Assembly: GCA_965198005.1 (NCBI GenBank)
Contig: CBDAOI010000004.1
Coordinates: 1,248,001-1,312,000 of the forward strand
Direction of reading: 5' to 3'
Origin: Spirochaetia bacterium
Lineage (GTDB): Bacteria > Spirochaetota > Spirochaetia > SZUA-6 > Bin103
Length of the DNA: 64,000 bases
Shown here: piece after piece, positions 22,085 through 32,022 of the stretch
Layout: each line of letters starts with the position of its first letter
How positions within the stretch are numbered: the first letter of the stretch is position 1
The notes under the pieces: generated by a model
The model's input: the letters and a program-made list of their open reading frames with translations, nothing else
Databases searched by the model: none
What the model was told of the DNA's origin: nothing
Position numbers and translations under genes: made by a program

Positions 22085-25000
22085 TCAGATCTCGGTGGCG
22101 AGCTCGAGGTAGCGGCAGAAGGCGTTGGCGAGCTGGATCTGGCGGGGGGTGCGGCACTCGGGCTCGAACAGGAGCGGGTTGGCGACCAGGATGCAGGCGC
22201 AGCGGGCGCGGGAGGTTGCGACGTTGAGGCGGTTGAGGCTGAACAGGAATTCCATGCCGTGAGGGGCGTCCTCGGGTGACGAGGTGGCCATCGAGTAGAT
22301 CACCACCGGCGCCTCCTGGCCCTGGAACTTGTCGACGGTCCCGACGCGTGCCCCCGGCAGCCGCTCGCCGAGGGCGCTGACGTGGAGGTTGTAGGGCGCT
22401 ACGATCAGGATGTCGCGCTCGGTGAGGCGCGCGGTGCGGCCTTCGCGGTCGGTCCAGGCGAGGTTGCCCGACGCCAGGGTCTCATACAGGGCGGCGACCC
22501 GCGCCACCTCCTCGGCGGAGGTGTTCTGGTTGCCGTGGTGGGCGACGGGGGCGAACCACAGGCCGGCGCCGGCGAGCGGGGTCGGTCCGGTTACGGCCTG
22601 AGAGGCCAGGGCGGGGCGGGATTGGAGCCGTCCTTCGTAGAACAGCTCCGAGGTGAGCGCGCAGATCGAAGGGTGCAGGCGCCAGGTCTCGGCGAGGAAC
22701 AGCCCCTGCTCGGGGGCGATGGTGCGGTTGTCTCCCAGCAGGTGCTGGAGGGCCGATACTTCGGTGCCGTCGGGATGGCTGCCGCGCAGCGGCTGGTCGA
22801 GTTGCCGCGGGTCGCCGAGCAGCACGACGTTGCGCGCCGCCTGCGCCACCGCCAGCACGTTGGCCAGCGACATCTGGCCGGCCTCGTCCACGAACAGCAC
22901 GTCGATCGCTTCCGCCAGCTCTGCGCGCGCCCACAGCCAGGCGGTCCCGCCCGCTACCTGCACGCGGCCATCCTCGAGTGCGGCGCCGACTTCCCGGTTG
23001 GCGGTGGTCTCCGGAATCGGCTGACCCGTTTCCTCGACCTTGGCCGCCTTGCCGCTGACTTTCTGCAGGCAGCGCAGGTCGATTGCCCGCTCGCGGGCGG
23101 CGTCCACCACCGACTCCAGCAGGTTGCGGATCACCTTGTGGCTGATGGCGGTCACGCCCACCTGCTTGCCGGCGCGCACCAGCTCGCAGATCATGCGCGC
23201 CCCGGTGTAGGTCTTGCCCGAGCCGGGGGGACCTTGAATGCCGAGCACGCCGCCGTCCAACTCGCGGGCCAATCGGCGGGCGGTAGCCAAGGGGTCTTCC
23301 CCCGGCTGCTGGATCGAGCCGCCGGCCGGGGACGCAATGCGCAGGCGCGGGGCGCGGCCGAGCAGCAGGTCGCGCGCCGCACGGTGCGGGCCGGGGGCGT
23401 CGACCCAGGCGTCAACCCCTTGGTCGGCCACCCACTCGCCAAGGCGCAGCAGGGCATCCGCCAGTTCCCCGGCCCGAACTACGGTATGCGAGAACACCGC
23501 GCGGGGGTGCAGGTACACCGCCTTCATCCGTTTCTTGATGTCGACGGTGCGCCGCGTCTCGTCGATGCCGTGCACCGTGCCTACCTGATCGCCGCCCGTG
23601 ACGTGCAGCGAGTCCCCCGTCCGGAGCCTGGTCTCCTGTGGTGGAAACCGATAGCGATGGACCGGCGCGCGTTTCGTGCCACCGGTGGCGCACACGAATT
23701 CCAGACCGGCCAGCGCCAGATCCTCCTCCATCAGTTCGGCGTCGTCGAGCGCCGCCAGCCTGAAGAAATCCCACCACGGCGCCTTTTCCTCACGGCGATG
23801 CCAGTCGAGCAGGTGCGCCAGCAGCCAGCGCGCCTGCTCCTCCGGCGACCGCCCCTGCCGCTCGGCGGGCACGCCGCGCAGTAGCCGCTGCATGAGTGCC
23901 AGCACGCGCTGGCGCCGCTCGTCGACCTGCTCGCTCGGCGCGCCGTCCGCCGCGGTCGGGCGGGGGAGTTCCTCACCCCGCGCGAGCAGGTCGGCCCGGA
24001 TGCCCTCCAGCCAGTCGCGCAGGTACACCATGGAAACGCAGTCGTCGCGGTTGTACGCCTCGACCACGTTCCATACCGCCGCCGGCACATCCTCCGTCCG
24101 TCCCAGCTCCAATGCGTGCTCGAGGGTGTGCAGGTTCCGTGACGCGTCGCGCAGTGCGGTGGCTCGCTCGTAGCCGTAGAACCGTTCCAGGTCCTTGATG
24201 GAGTAGCGCTCGACGCCGGCGCGCACGGCCTGCCGGGTGATCGCGTAGAGATCGACGAACAGCCCCGCGCGCAGCATCCCGTCGATCTCGTCCTCGCGCG
24301 TGGCGTAGCGGCCCATCAGCCGTTTGATCGCCCCGGGCTCGTAGGGCGCGAAGTGATAGACGTGGAGATCGGGATGGCGCTCCCAGCGCTCCCGCACCTC
24401 GTCGATGAACGCTTCGAACGCGGCTCGCTCCTGTGCGCCGTCCAGCGCCCACCGGGTACGGTAGTCGAGACCCCCGGCGGCGTCGCGCACGACCCATCCC
24501 AGCAGGTACTCGAGCCCGCCGGTGCCGACGAACCGATCCCCTTCGATGTCGAAGAAGATATCGCCGGCGGAGGGCGCCGGCAGGCGTGCGAGCCCCAACT
24601 CGGGCTGACGCGGGAGCAGCTCGTGGTAGGGCGCCCGCCGCCGCCTCCCTTCGAGCTGAACGCGTGCCTGCTCGCGCACGCGTGCGTACGCCTCGGCCGA
24701 GCCACGCCGCGGCCGGGGATCCAGCGGCAACGGCAGGCGGGCCAAGCCGGTCAGGGTCGCGACTCCCCGCTCGCTCAGCTCACCGCGCTGCAGCGTCGAG
24801 ATCCCGGCCACCAGAGACAGGTGATCGTCGGCGCGGCGCCGCTGGTCGCAGGCGGACCACCACCGGCAGATGTCGCATTGCGGCACCGGATCGGGGTAGG
24901 TGGACGGCAGGGAACCCGGCGCAGCCGCAGCCACCCGCGCGAGCCGGCGGCGCACGAGCCGGTAGTAGGCGAGGTACTCGTGCACCCGATATGACTCGGA

Positions 25001-25525
25001 AGTGAAGTCGGTGCCCGGCGTCACCACGTGCATCTGCTCAGGCATCCGGCCCTGAATCGCGCCGACCAGCTCGGAGTACAGGCAGAGCTGCAGGATGGTG
25101 CCGGCGCGAGTCTGTCGGGCGAGCTTGGTGTCCACCACCTCGTAGGACCAGTCGCCCAGCGCGCTCGGCGCCGGCACCCGGCGCAGAATATCGGCCCGCC
25201 CGTACCAGGCGCCGTGCGCGAGCGTCGCCTGGACGATCACGTCGGCGCCGCGCCGCATCGCCGCGGCGGTGGCGTCGACGCCGGTGCGCCCGTCGGTCCC
25301 CGCGCCGCGGTCCACGGCCAGCCCCTGCCCACGCAGATGCGCGAGATACTGTTCCTCATGCTCGAACCCGCGCTGCTGCAGGATCTCCAGCGCCGGGTCG
25401 CGCCAGCGCGGCGGCTTCAGTTCGCCCCGCGCCGCCGCCAGGTCGAGCATGGTCAGGTGGCGGCACCCCAGGTGATTCGCGAGGTCGCTCGCCGACAGCC
25501 GGCCCGCCCCGTGTTCGATGCGCAT
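22085..25525 (-). CDS. TM0106-family RecB-like nuclease + RNase H-like + SF1 (DNA2/UPF1-like) helicase
   Basis: GRADIL..EVVDTKLA..LQLCLY, Cys cluster, FFDIEGD, QGPPGSGKT, FVDEAGQ, GDPRQL, TVDKFQGQE, NVATSRAR. Confidence 0.92.
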   Translation of the reverse strand: MRIEHGAGRLSASDLANHLGCRHLTMLDLAAARGELKPPRWRDPALEILQQRGFEHEEQYLAHLRGQGLAVDRGAGTDGRTGVDATAAAMRRGADVIVQATLAHGAWYGRADILRRVPAPSALGDWSYEVVDTKLARQTRAGTILQLCLYSELVGAIQGRMPEQMHVVTPGTDFTSESYRVHEYLAYYRLVRRRLARVAAAAPGSLPSTYPDPVPQCDICRWWSACDQRRRADDHLSLVAGISTLQRGELSERGVATLTGLARLPLPLDPRPRRGSAEAYARVREQARVQLEGRRRRAPYHELLPRQPELGLARLPAPSAGDIFFDIEGDRFVGTGGLEYLLGWVVRDAAGGLDYRTRWALDGAQERAAFEAFIDEVRERWERHPDLHVYHFAPYEPGAIKRLMGRYATREDEIDGMLRAGLFVDLYAITRQAVRAGVERYSIKDLERFYGYERATALRDASRNLHTLEHALELGRTEDVPAAVWNVVEAYNRDDCVSMVYLRDWLEGIRADLLARGEELPRPTAADGAPSEQVDERRQRVLALMQRLLRGVPAERQGRSPEEQARWLLAHLLDWHRREEKAPWWDFFRLAALDDAELMEEDLALAGLEFVCATGGTKRAPVHRYRFPPQETRLRTGDSLHVTGGDQVGTVHGIDETRRTVDIKKRMKAVYLHPRAVFSHTVVRAGELADALLRLGEWVADQGVDAWVDAPGPHRAARDLLLGRAPRLRIASPAGGSIQQPGEDPLATARRLARELDGGVLGIQGPPGSGKTYTGARMICELVRAGKQVGVTAISHKVIRNLLESVVDAARERAIDLRCLQKVSGKAAKVEETGQPIPETTANREVGAALEDGRVQVAGGTAWLWARAELAEAIDVLFVDEAGQMSLANVLAVAQAARNVVLLGDPRQLDQPLRGSHPDGTEVSALQHLLGDNRTIAPEQGLFLAETWRLHPSICALTSELFYEGRLQSRPALASQAVTGPTPLAGAGLWFAPVAHHGNQNTSAEEVARVAALYETLASGNLAWTDREGRTARLTERDILIVAPYNLHVSALGERLPGARVGTVDKFQGQEAPVVIYSMATSSPEDAPHGMEFLFSLNRLNVATSRARCACILVANPLLFEPECRTPRQIQLANAFCRYLELATEI

Positions 25526-25734
25526 CGGTGCGTGCAGTATACTGAAGCCCAGTCGGGCTTGAGGCTGCATGCTGATCGAAGTGCCGGCGACTCTGGGGAG
25601 ACGTCAGGCCTCGTCCGTTCGCGACAACTTGCGCGAACGGTGTGACCGGCTTGATACGATGTTGAGCGCCGCGTTTGAAGTGGAACCCGTCGAACACGGA
25701 ATCGCGCGTCCGGCGTGCGTCTGAACGGGAGTGG

Positions 25735-26943
25735 TCAGGTCAGCCGCTGCTGGATGAACCGACGCAGGATGCGGTAGTACTCCAGCATCGAGGCGAGGTC
25801 GATCCACTCGTCCGGGCGGTGGATGTTGCCCACCACCGGGCGGCTGATGATCACCGGAATGCCGCGCTGCGACAGGAAGCGGGCGTCGCTGGTGCCGGCG
25901 GTGCGGACCTCCTCCAACGGGCGCCCCAGCACCCGTTCACCGATCGCCAGGTACTCCGCGTCGGGCACCATCGCGGTCGGCTCGTCACCCACCCGCAGCG
26001 TCACCAGCGCGTCCGGGCTCAGCCGGGCGCGCACCGCCTCCAGCATGGTCGCCGTGGTCCAGGGCGGGGTGAAGCGCACGTCCACCCCGGCGCGCGCGAA
26101 CGCGGGCACGCGGTTCAGCGTCCGGCTCTCCGACTCCAGGGTGGTCACGGTCGCGGTCGGATGCCAGTGGTCGCCGATCGCCTCCACGCCGGAATCGGCG
26201 AAATCTGCGAACAGGGCCCGCAGCCGGGCCAGGTCGTCGAGCATGGCGTCCACCGGGTTGCGTCCCAGCCAGGGGTAGGCGGCGTGGCTCGAGGCGCCGC
26301 GCCACTCCAGGTCGAGGTGCAACAGTCCCTTTTCCGCCACCACCACCGAATCGATGGAGCCGCCGTCCGGCAGCAGCGCCAGACCGCACGCCAGCCCCTG
26401 TTCCGCCAGATGACCGGCGCCGTCCCGGCCGCCGCGCTCTTCGTCAGCGGTCACCGCCAAGCCCAGCGAAATGCCGGGGTAGCGGTGGTGCGTCTCGGCG
26501 AACAGGGTGATCAGAATGGCCAGGGCGCCCTTCATGTCGCCCGCGCCGGGACCGCAGATGCGCCCTCCCTCCACGTGCGGGCGGTACAGACCGCGGTCGC
26601 CGTGGTCGACCACGTCAATGTGGGCCAGCAGCAGGACTTCGGGCCGCTCCACCTGCGCGGGCCGCGCCACCAGCGACGGCACCCCGGCCCGGCAATGCGC
26701 GTCCAGGCGCAGGCCGGCCACGGTGTCGAGCTCGGTCCGCACGAGGTCGAGGCCGCGCTCCATCTCGGCCGGGTAGGCCGCGGAGCTGGGGACCAGGATG
26801 AGGTCGCGGGTGAGGGATACGAGGCGATCGCGCAGTGCTTCCCCGGAATACGCTTCCCCGGAATACGCTTCCTCCGAGTACGCCTCCCCGGCGTACGCCT
26901 CCCCGGCGTACGCCTCTCGAACGCAGGTATCAGTCGCGCTCAT
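25735..26943 (-). CDS. M20/M25/M40 metallopeptidase with an N-terminal pentapeptide repeat
   Basis: AHIDVV, GPGAGDMKG, DEERGG, SHAAYPW, GTSDARF, HRPDE. Confidence 0.88.
   Translation of the reverse strand: MSATDTCVREAYAGEAYAGEAYSEEAYSGEAYSGEALRDRLVSLTRDLILVPSSAAYPAEMERGLDLVRTELDTVAGLRLDAHCRAGVPSLVARPAQVERPEVLLLAHIDVVDHGDRGLYRPHVEGGRICGPGAGDMKGALAILITLFAETHHRYPGISLGLAVTADEERGGRDGAGHLAEQGLACGLALLPDGGSIDSVVVAEKGLLHLDLEWRGASSHAAYPWLGRNPVDAMLDDLARLRALFADFADSGVEAIGDHWHPTATVTTLESESRTLNRVPAFARAGVDVRFTPPWTTATMLEAVRARLSPDALVTLRVGDEPTAMVPDAEYLAIGERVLGRPLEEVRTAGTSDARFLSQRGIPVIISRPVVGNIHRPDEWIDLASMLEYYRILRRFIQQRLT
26842..26916 (-). repeat. five 15-bp tandem repeats encoding EAY(A/S)(G/E)
   Basis: GAGGCGTACGCCGGG x2, GAGGCGTACTCGGAG, GAAGCGTATTCCGGG x2. 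Confidence 0.9.
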
Positions 26944-28264
26944 AGTACCACTTGACGTGGAAGGCCCGTTCCACCAATCCGCACATGCGCTGCACGGCGG
27001 CGGCGTCCGGCCCCAGGCTCAGCAGCTGGCTCTTGGTGACCCGCCGGTTGCCGTCCAGGTTGAAGTTGATCGGCAGCACGCCGGCCTCGGCCGCCGGGTG
27101 AAACAGGCACCCTGCGGCCGTCAGCGCGGCCAGCACGTCCGCCGCCGGCAGCGAGTGATGGAAGCGCAGGTTGCGCATCAGCCACGCGCCGCCGGGCAGG
27201 AAGCGGCGCGCCAGAATGGAAGGGTAGGAGGCGCCGGTGACGCGGGCGTTGATCTCGGCCGCGATCGCCTGCAGCGCGCCCGCCCGGCGCAGGAGCACGA
27301 AGTCCACCGACGCGGTGCCGCGGTACCCCTGGGCGTGCAGCCAGCGCGCCACCGGCGCCGCCACCGCGAGCAGCTCGTCGATCGCCTGCGGCAGCTCGGC
27401 CGCGTACGGCGGCGGCGCCAGGTTGCCCTCGTGCACGCTGCCGGCGTCGAGGATCTGCTCGGTCACGTCGTACAGGCAGACTTCGCGCTCGCTCAGGAAG
27501 AGCTGCACGCTCGGCGATCCCAGCAGCTCCACGCCGTTGCAGCCGTCCGCCAGCCAGCCCTGCACCAGGCAGGCGCCTTCGTGAAACAGGTAGTCGGGAA
27601 CGTGCGCGCTAGCGGCGCCGGCGGCCGGCACGCACAGCAGGCCGACGCCGGAGCCGCCGAACGGGGCCTTGATCACCACCTCGGCGTAACCGCGCGCCTG
27701 CAGGCGGCGGCAGCAGTCGAGCGTCTGACCGGCCGTCGCGGCGACCTCGGTATCGAAGGTAGGCAGTCCGGCGCCGGCCAGGAACCGGTGCAGCAGCAGC
27801 TTGTTGTTGCCGTTGTAGCTGCCGGCGTGGCTGCTCAGGGTGCGCTTGCCGGCGCCGTGCGCCAACTCCACCAGGGTCCGGTCGGTCACGAACCCGTCCA
27901 TCCAGGGCGCCGGATGGGCACGTAGCCGCTCCCGCAACGCGGCGCGCTCGCCGCGCGCCTGCGGCCGCCCGCGGTAGGCGGCGCGGCTGGTGAGGCAGAA
28001 CTCCGGCAGCGTGAGGCCCAACCGTTGGTGGTAGGCGCACAGCTCGCCGTCGGGTTCTGTTTCAAGCACCAGCAGGTTGCGCCCGCCGGTGAACAGGAGG
28101 TCGATCAGCGGCAGCAGGCGCCCGCCGTAGGAGTCGATCTCCTTGATCTGCTCGGCCAGCGCCTCCGCCTGCCCGTCGTTGCCGTAGAACTGCGACAGCA
28201 GATTGGCCACGAACACCGCACTACGATCCCAGAACCGCGGCAGGCGGCCCGGATGAATCCGCAT
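26930..28264 (-). CDS. ATP-grasp amide ligase (preATP-grasp/PGM1-like)
   Basis: NNKLLL, VIKAPFGGSGVG, SPSVQ, EQIL..HEGN, GYRG..SVDF, EINARVTG; overlaps the peptidase start by 14 nt. Confidence 0.75.
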   Translation of the reverse strand: MRIHPGRLPRFWDRSAVFVANLLSQFYGNDGQAEALAEQIKEIDSYGGRLLPLIDLLFTGGRNLLVLETEPDGELCAYHQRLGLTLPEFCLTSRAAYRGRPQARGERAALRERLRAHPAPWMDGFVTDRTLVELAHGAGKRTLSSHAGSYNGNNKLLLHRFLAGAGLPTFDTEVAATAGQTLDCCRRLQARGYAEVVIKAPFGGSGVGLLCVPAAGAASAHVPDYLFHEGACLVQGWLADGCNGVELLGSPSVQLFLSEREVCLYDVTEQILDAGSVHEGNLAPPPYAAELPQAIDELLAVAAPVARWLHAQGYRGTASVDFVLLRRAGALQAIAAEINARVTGASYPSILARRFLPGGAWLMRNLRFHHSLPAADVLAALTAAGCLFHPAAEAGVLPINFNLDGNRRVTKSQLLSLGPDAAAVQRMCGLVERAFHVKWYYERD

Positions 28265-28450
28265 CTCCGGCGCACGTTGGGAATTGCTGGTATTGCTCTC
28301 GATCGATCCCGCCAGAATGACACGATAATACGGCGGCGCCACCGGTCCGGCCAGTGTTATCCGCCGTTATCCTAATCCGGGGTCCTATCCGCCCGTATAT
28401 TGCATCGCCCCGGCGGCGCGCGTAGCATGCCACGTGACCATGTGACTACC

Positions 28451-28996
28451 GTGAGCAGCGCACGCATCGGGATCGTCGGCTGCGGCGCCATCTCCCACAC
28501 GCACGCCGCGGCGGCCGCGCACTCGGGCGGGGCGGCGCGCTTGGTTGCCTGCTGCGACGTCGACCGCTCTCGGGCCGAAGCGTGGGCGGCGCGGTACGAG
28601 GTCGAGGGCGCGTACGGCGAGCTGGCCGCGATGCTCGACGCCGAGCAGCTCGGCGGCGTGCTGCTGGCTACTTGGCCGAACCTGCACCGGACGCAGATCG
28701 AAGAGTGCCTGCGCCACGGGGCGCGCCATATCCTGTGCGAGAAGTCGCTGGCGGTCAGCGGTTCCGAGGCGGCCGAGATCCACGCGCTGGCGACCAGTTC
28801 CGGGGTCATCTACGGTCTCACCCAGGGCGGGCCGGCGGGGGCGTCGGAGACGATGATCTTCCGCGTCTGGCGGGTGGCGTTCTCGGACCTGGACCTGGGT
28901 TATGCGGCGACCATCGCGCTGCTCATGGCGGCGATGATTCTGTGCGTCACGGTCCTGTTCGTGGTCGGCCTCTCGCGCCAGTCGACCACCTACTGA
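28451..28996 (+). pseudogene. Gfo/Idh/MocA oxidoreductase N-terminus fused to a carbohydrate ABC permease C-terminus
   Basis: GIVGCGAI..HILCEKSL, then from about 28800 VIYGLTQGGPAGASET..LGYAATIA. Confidence 0.8.
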
Positions 28997-29001
28997 CGCC
29001 G

Positions 29002-29417
29002 GTGCGCGCGCCGCTCCTCCGCCCCCGCCACCGGCAGGCTCTGCTCACCTACGCGGTCGCGGTGGTGCTGGTTCCGATCTATCTGTTTCCGATTCTGACC
29101 TGGGGTTCGCCAAGTACGTGGCGAACAGCCTGCTGGTCACCACGCCGGCCACCGTGATCTCGATCGCCGCCGGTTCGGTGGCGGCCTACGGGTTGGTGCG
29201 AATGGACATCAGAGGCGGCAAGTGGATCGCGTACCTGCTGCTGTTCACCCGCTTCATTCCGCCGGTGGCGGTGCTGGTGCCGTTCTTCGTGCTGATCTCG
29301 GCCGTGGGTCTGTACGATTCCTGCCTGGCGCTGATCCTGTCCGTGCCGGTGGTGCTGCTGGCCACGGTGATGCAGAAGTTTGTGACCCGCGGACTCATGC
29401 TGGGCGCCATCAAGTAG
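29002..29417 (+). pseudogene. carbohydrate ABC permease, internally deleted
   Basis: NSLLVT..AAYGL..RFIPPVAVLVP..PVV..QKFVTRGLMLGAIK; EAA loop missing; frameshift near 29103. Confidence 0.75.
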
Positions 29418-29444
29418 ATCAAGTCGATCAAGTCGATCAAGTCG
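29409..29444 (+). repeat. 9-bp tandem repeat ATCAAGT(A/C)G x4 spanning the stop codon
   Basis: Read directly from the sequence. Confidence 0.85.
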
Positions 29445-29598
29445 TCCCAGGGTTGACGTTGCGCGCGTATCCGTTGAAATATAAGCTGAATGATTTTTGG
29501 CGGCTCGGCGTGGAGGTGCTTGATCCGTTCGCGGCCGAAGCAGAACCGCCCGCGCCTCCGCCGGCGAGTCCGTCGGGTTCGCAGGACGGACAGGCGTA

Positions 29599-30161
29599 AT
29601 GGTGAAGCTGACCGGGGCGGAGGGGCGCCGCAAGCGCGACGAGTTGGTGGAGGCGGGCTACACCGTGGTTGCGGGCGTGGTCGGAGCGGATGCTGGAGCA
29701 GCGGCCGGTCGACCCCAGGTACCGCTACCAGGGCAGCGACGTCGCGGTGTGCTGGAGGCGTGCCGGCGGCTGGAGTTGGAGCACCTCAGGTCGAGCGAGA
29801 GCGTCGTCATGCTGTCGAAATCGGGCCACGGCCCGCCGCTGTACTGGCATCAGGACTGCGTGTTCTGGGACAGCCCGCGCGCCGCCACCCCCTGGCCGAC
29901 GCGCATGTCGCTGGCGTTCTATCTGACCGACACGCGGCGCGAGAACGGCTGCCTGCGGGTCATTCCCGGCACCCACCGCCGGCGCATCGACCTGCACGAC
30001 CCGCTGCCGAACGCGCACGAGGCGGAGATTCAGGCGATCACCGAGCTCCCGAGCCGCCCGGCTGGTGGACGGGGTCCGTGCCGGAGGTGGTGCGCCGGGC
30101 CGATCCGGACGCCGGCTTCGCGTGGAACCGTACGCCCAGCCGCTACCTGGGCATGGGCTGA
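29599..30161 (+). pseudogene. phytanoyl-CoA dioxygenase (PhyH) family, fragmented
   Basis: PPLYWHQD..YLTDTRRENGCLRVIPGTH; frameshifts and deletions on both sides. Confidence 0.75.
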
Positions 30162-30170
30162 GCCGCGGGG

Positions 30171-31406
30171 GTGCGGTCGGAAACACGGCTGGTCGTCGTA
30201 ACCGGTCCCAGGGTCTTCGCCTCGTTCCGGGTGCCCGACTTCCGCAACCTGTGGGTCGGCAACGGCCTGCTGTTCCTCGGCGCCCAGATCCGGATCGTCG
30301 CCAACGGCTACCTGGCGTACGAGCTGACCTCGTCGCCGCTGCTGCTCGGCATCGTGAGCCTGGGGTTCGCCGTCCCGATGCTGCTGCTGAGCCCGCTCGG
30401 CGGCGCGCTGGCCGACCGCCTGGACCGTCGGCGGCTGGTGCAGACCGCCCAGAGCGCGTTCGCGGTGGTGGCGGGGCTGGTGGCGCTGGTGATCCTGACC
30501 GGCGTGGTGAGCTGGGTGCATCTGCTGGCGGGCGCCCTGCTGCAGGGGGCGATCTGGAGCATCCTGGTGCCGTCCCGCCAAGCGCTCATCCCGAGCATCG
30601 TCGGCCGCCGCCTGATGAGCAACGCGCTGGCGCTGATGGCGGGCGGCTTCAGCGCCGCGGTGCTGGCCGGACCGGCGCTTGGCGGCGCGCTCTACGGCTG
30701 GATCGGGCCGGGCCTGACCTACCTGGTGGTGTCCGGTTGCGCGCTGGGCTCGGTGCTTCTGACCGGGCGCATCACTGCCGCGGCGGGCCGTGGCCGCACG
30801 CGCGGCAGGCGCTCGGTATGGGCGGGCATGCTGGACGTGCTGCGCTACGTGCGCGACCGCCCGACCCTGCTGCTGCTGCTGGCGATGGCGCTCGCGTACG
30901 CGTTGCTGGCGATGCCGTTCCGGCTGATCCTGCCGGTGTTCGTGGTCGACCTGTACCAGCGCGGACCCAAAGCGCTGGGCCTGCTCGCCAGCGCCATGGG
31001 CGTGGGATCGGTGGCGGCGTCGCTGGCGGTCGCGCGGCTGCGTCCGGGGCACCGCGGCCGGCTGCTGGTCGGCGGCGGGCTGCTGGCCGGCGCCGCGATC
31101 CTGGCGATCGCCGCGGTCCCGGTCTACACCTTCGGCCTGCTCGGGATGCTGGTGATGGGAGTCGCGGACGTCACCCGCCGGTCGCTGAATCAGGCGCTCC
31201 TGCTGGAGGGCAGCGACCCGGAGTACCACGGCCGCGTCGTCAGCCTGTTCATGATCACCTTCGGGCTGATGCCCCTGGGCGGGTTGCCCGCCAGCGCGCT
31301 GGCCGAGCTGTTCGGCGGCCGGCTCGCCGGCGCCGTCCTCGGCGGCGGGTTGGTGCTGGTCTCCCTGCTCGTGCTCAGCAGCCGCCGCATGCGTCAACTC
31401 CGGTAG
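30171..31406 (+). CDS. MFS transporter (MFS_3-like)
   Basis: FRNLW, GGALADRLDRRRL, GRVVSLF; about 12 TM segments. Confidence 0.88.
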   Translation: MRSETRLVVVTGPRVFASFRVPDFRNLWVGNGLLFLGAQIRIVANGYLAYELTSSPLLLGIVSLGFAVPMLLLSPLGGALADRLDRRRLVQTAQSAFAVVAGLVALVILTGVVSWVHLLAGALLQGAIWSILVPSRQALIPSIVGRRLMSNALALMAGGFSAAVLAGPALGGALYGWIGPGLTYLVVSGCALGSVLLTGRITAAAGRGRTRGRRSVWAGMLDVLRYVRDRPTLLLLLAMALAYALLAMPFRLILPVFVVDLYQRGPKALGLLASAMGVGSVAASLAVARLRPGHRGRLLVGGGLLAGAAILAIAAVPVYTFGLLGMLVMGVADVTRRSLNQALLLEGSDPEYHGRVVSLFMITFGLMPLGGLPASALAELFGGRLAGAVLGGGLVLVSLLVLSSRRMRQLR

Positions 31407-31439
31407 GCTCCCGCCCCTCCGGCCGCGATACCAGTGAAC

Positions 31440-31958
31440 CGAATGTTTACGAGAAGGAGATGGCTGTGCGCCAACCGCTGCCCCAACTTCATGGTGGCCC
31501 CGGAGGTGATCCGCGCCCACGGCGACATGAGCGACTGGCAGAACGTCGTCGGCACCGGCCCGTTCATGCTCACCGACTTCGTTTCCGGATCGTCGGTCAC
31601 CTAGCAGCGGCCGGCTGGCGCTGCCGGGCATGGGCTGGAGTTCGCTCACCTTCGAGCAGCGCCGGAATACGCGGAGTGGTCGGACGACCTCAAGTGGCAG
31701 CACCAATACGACCCGCTCATGGATCAGGTCGCCACGGTGACCGACAACGAGACGATGACGGAGTTGATGCGCGCGGTGGACCTGCACTACATCAGCGAGA
31801 TGTGGTCGGTGGCCTGGCCGCTCAGTCCGAGCGGCATGATGCACCAGCCGTGGCTGAAGGGGTACGCCGGCCAGCTCGGCGCCGCGATGGAGCACGGCGT
31901 GTACCTGCTGCCGTACCTGTGGATCGACCAGGAACTGAAAGCTCAGATGGACCACTAA
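31440..31958 (+). pseudogene. peptide ABC substrate-binding protein (DppA-like) remnant
   Basis: APEVIRAHGDMSDWQNVVGTGPFMLTD* and C-terminal QPWLKGY..LWIDQELK, homologous to the 42752 and 48167 genes. Confidence 0.8.
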
Positions 31959-31975
31959 GCCCCCGGGAACTCTCT

Positions 31976-32008
31976 GCCTGGAGTCTGTCGGCGTGGCAGA
32001 CTCCGGGC
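31976..32008 (+). terminator. stable hairpin after the dppA remnant
   Basis: GCCTGGAGTCTGTC-GGCGT-GGCAGACTCCGGGC inverted repeat; no U-tract. Confidence 0.5.
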
Positions 32009-32022
32009 GCGCGGCCGGTTGA

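Noticed and set aside
22085-25525. Cas4/Cas3-like CRISPR gene
   Set aside because: It has TM0106 architecture with an SF1 helicase; there are no cas neighbours and no array.
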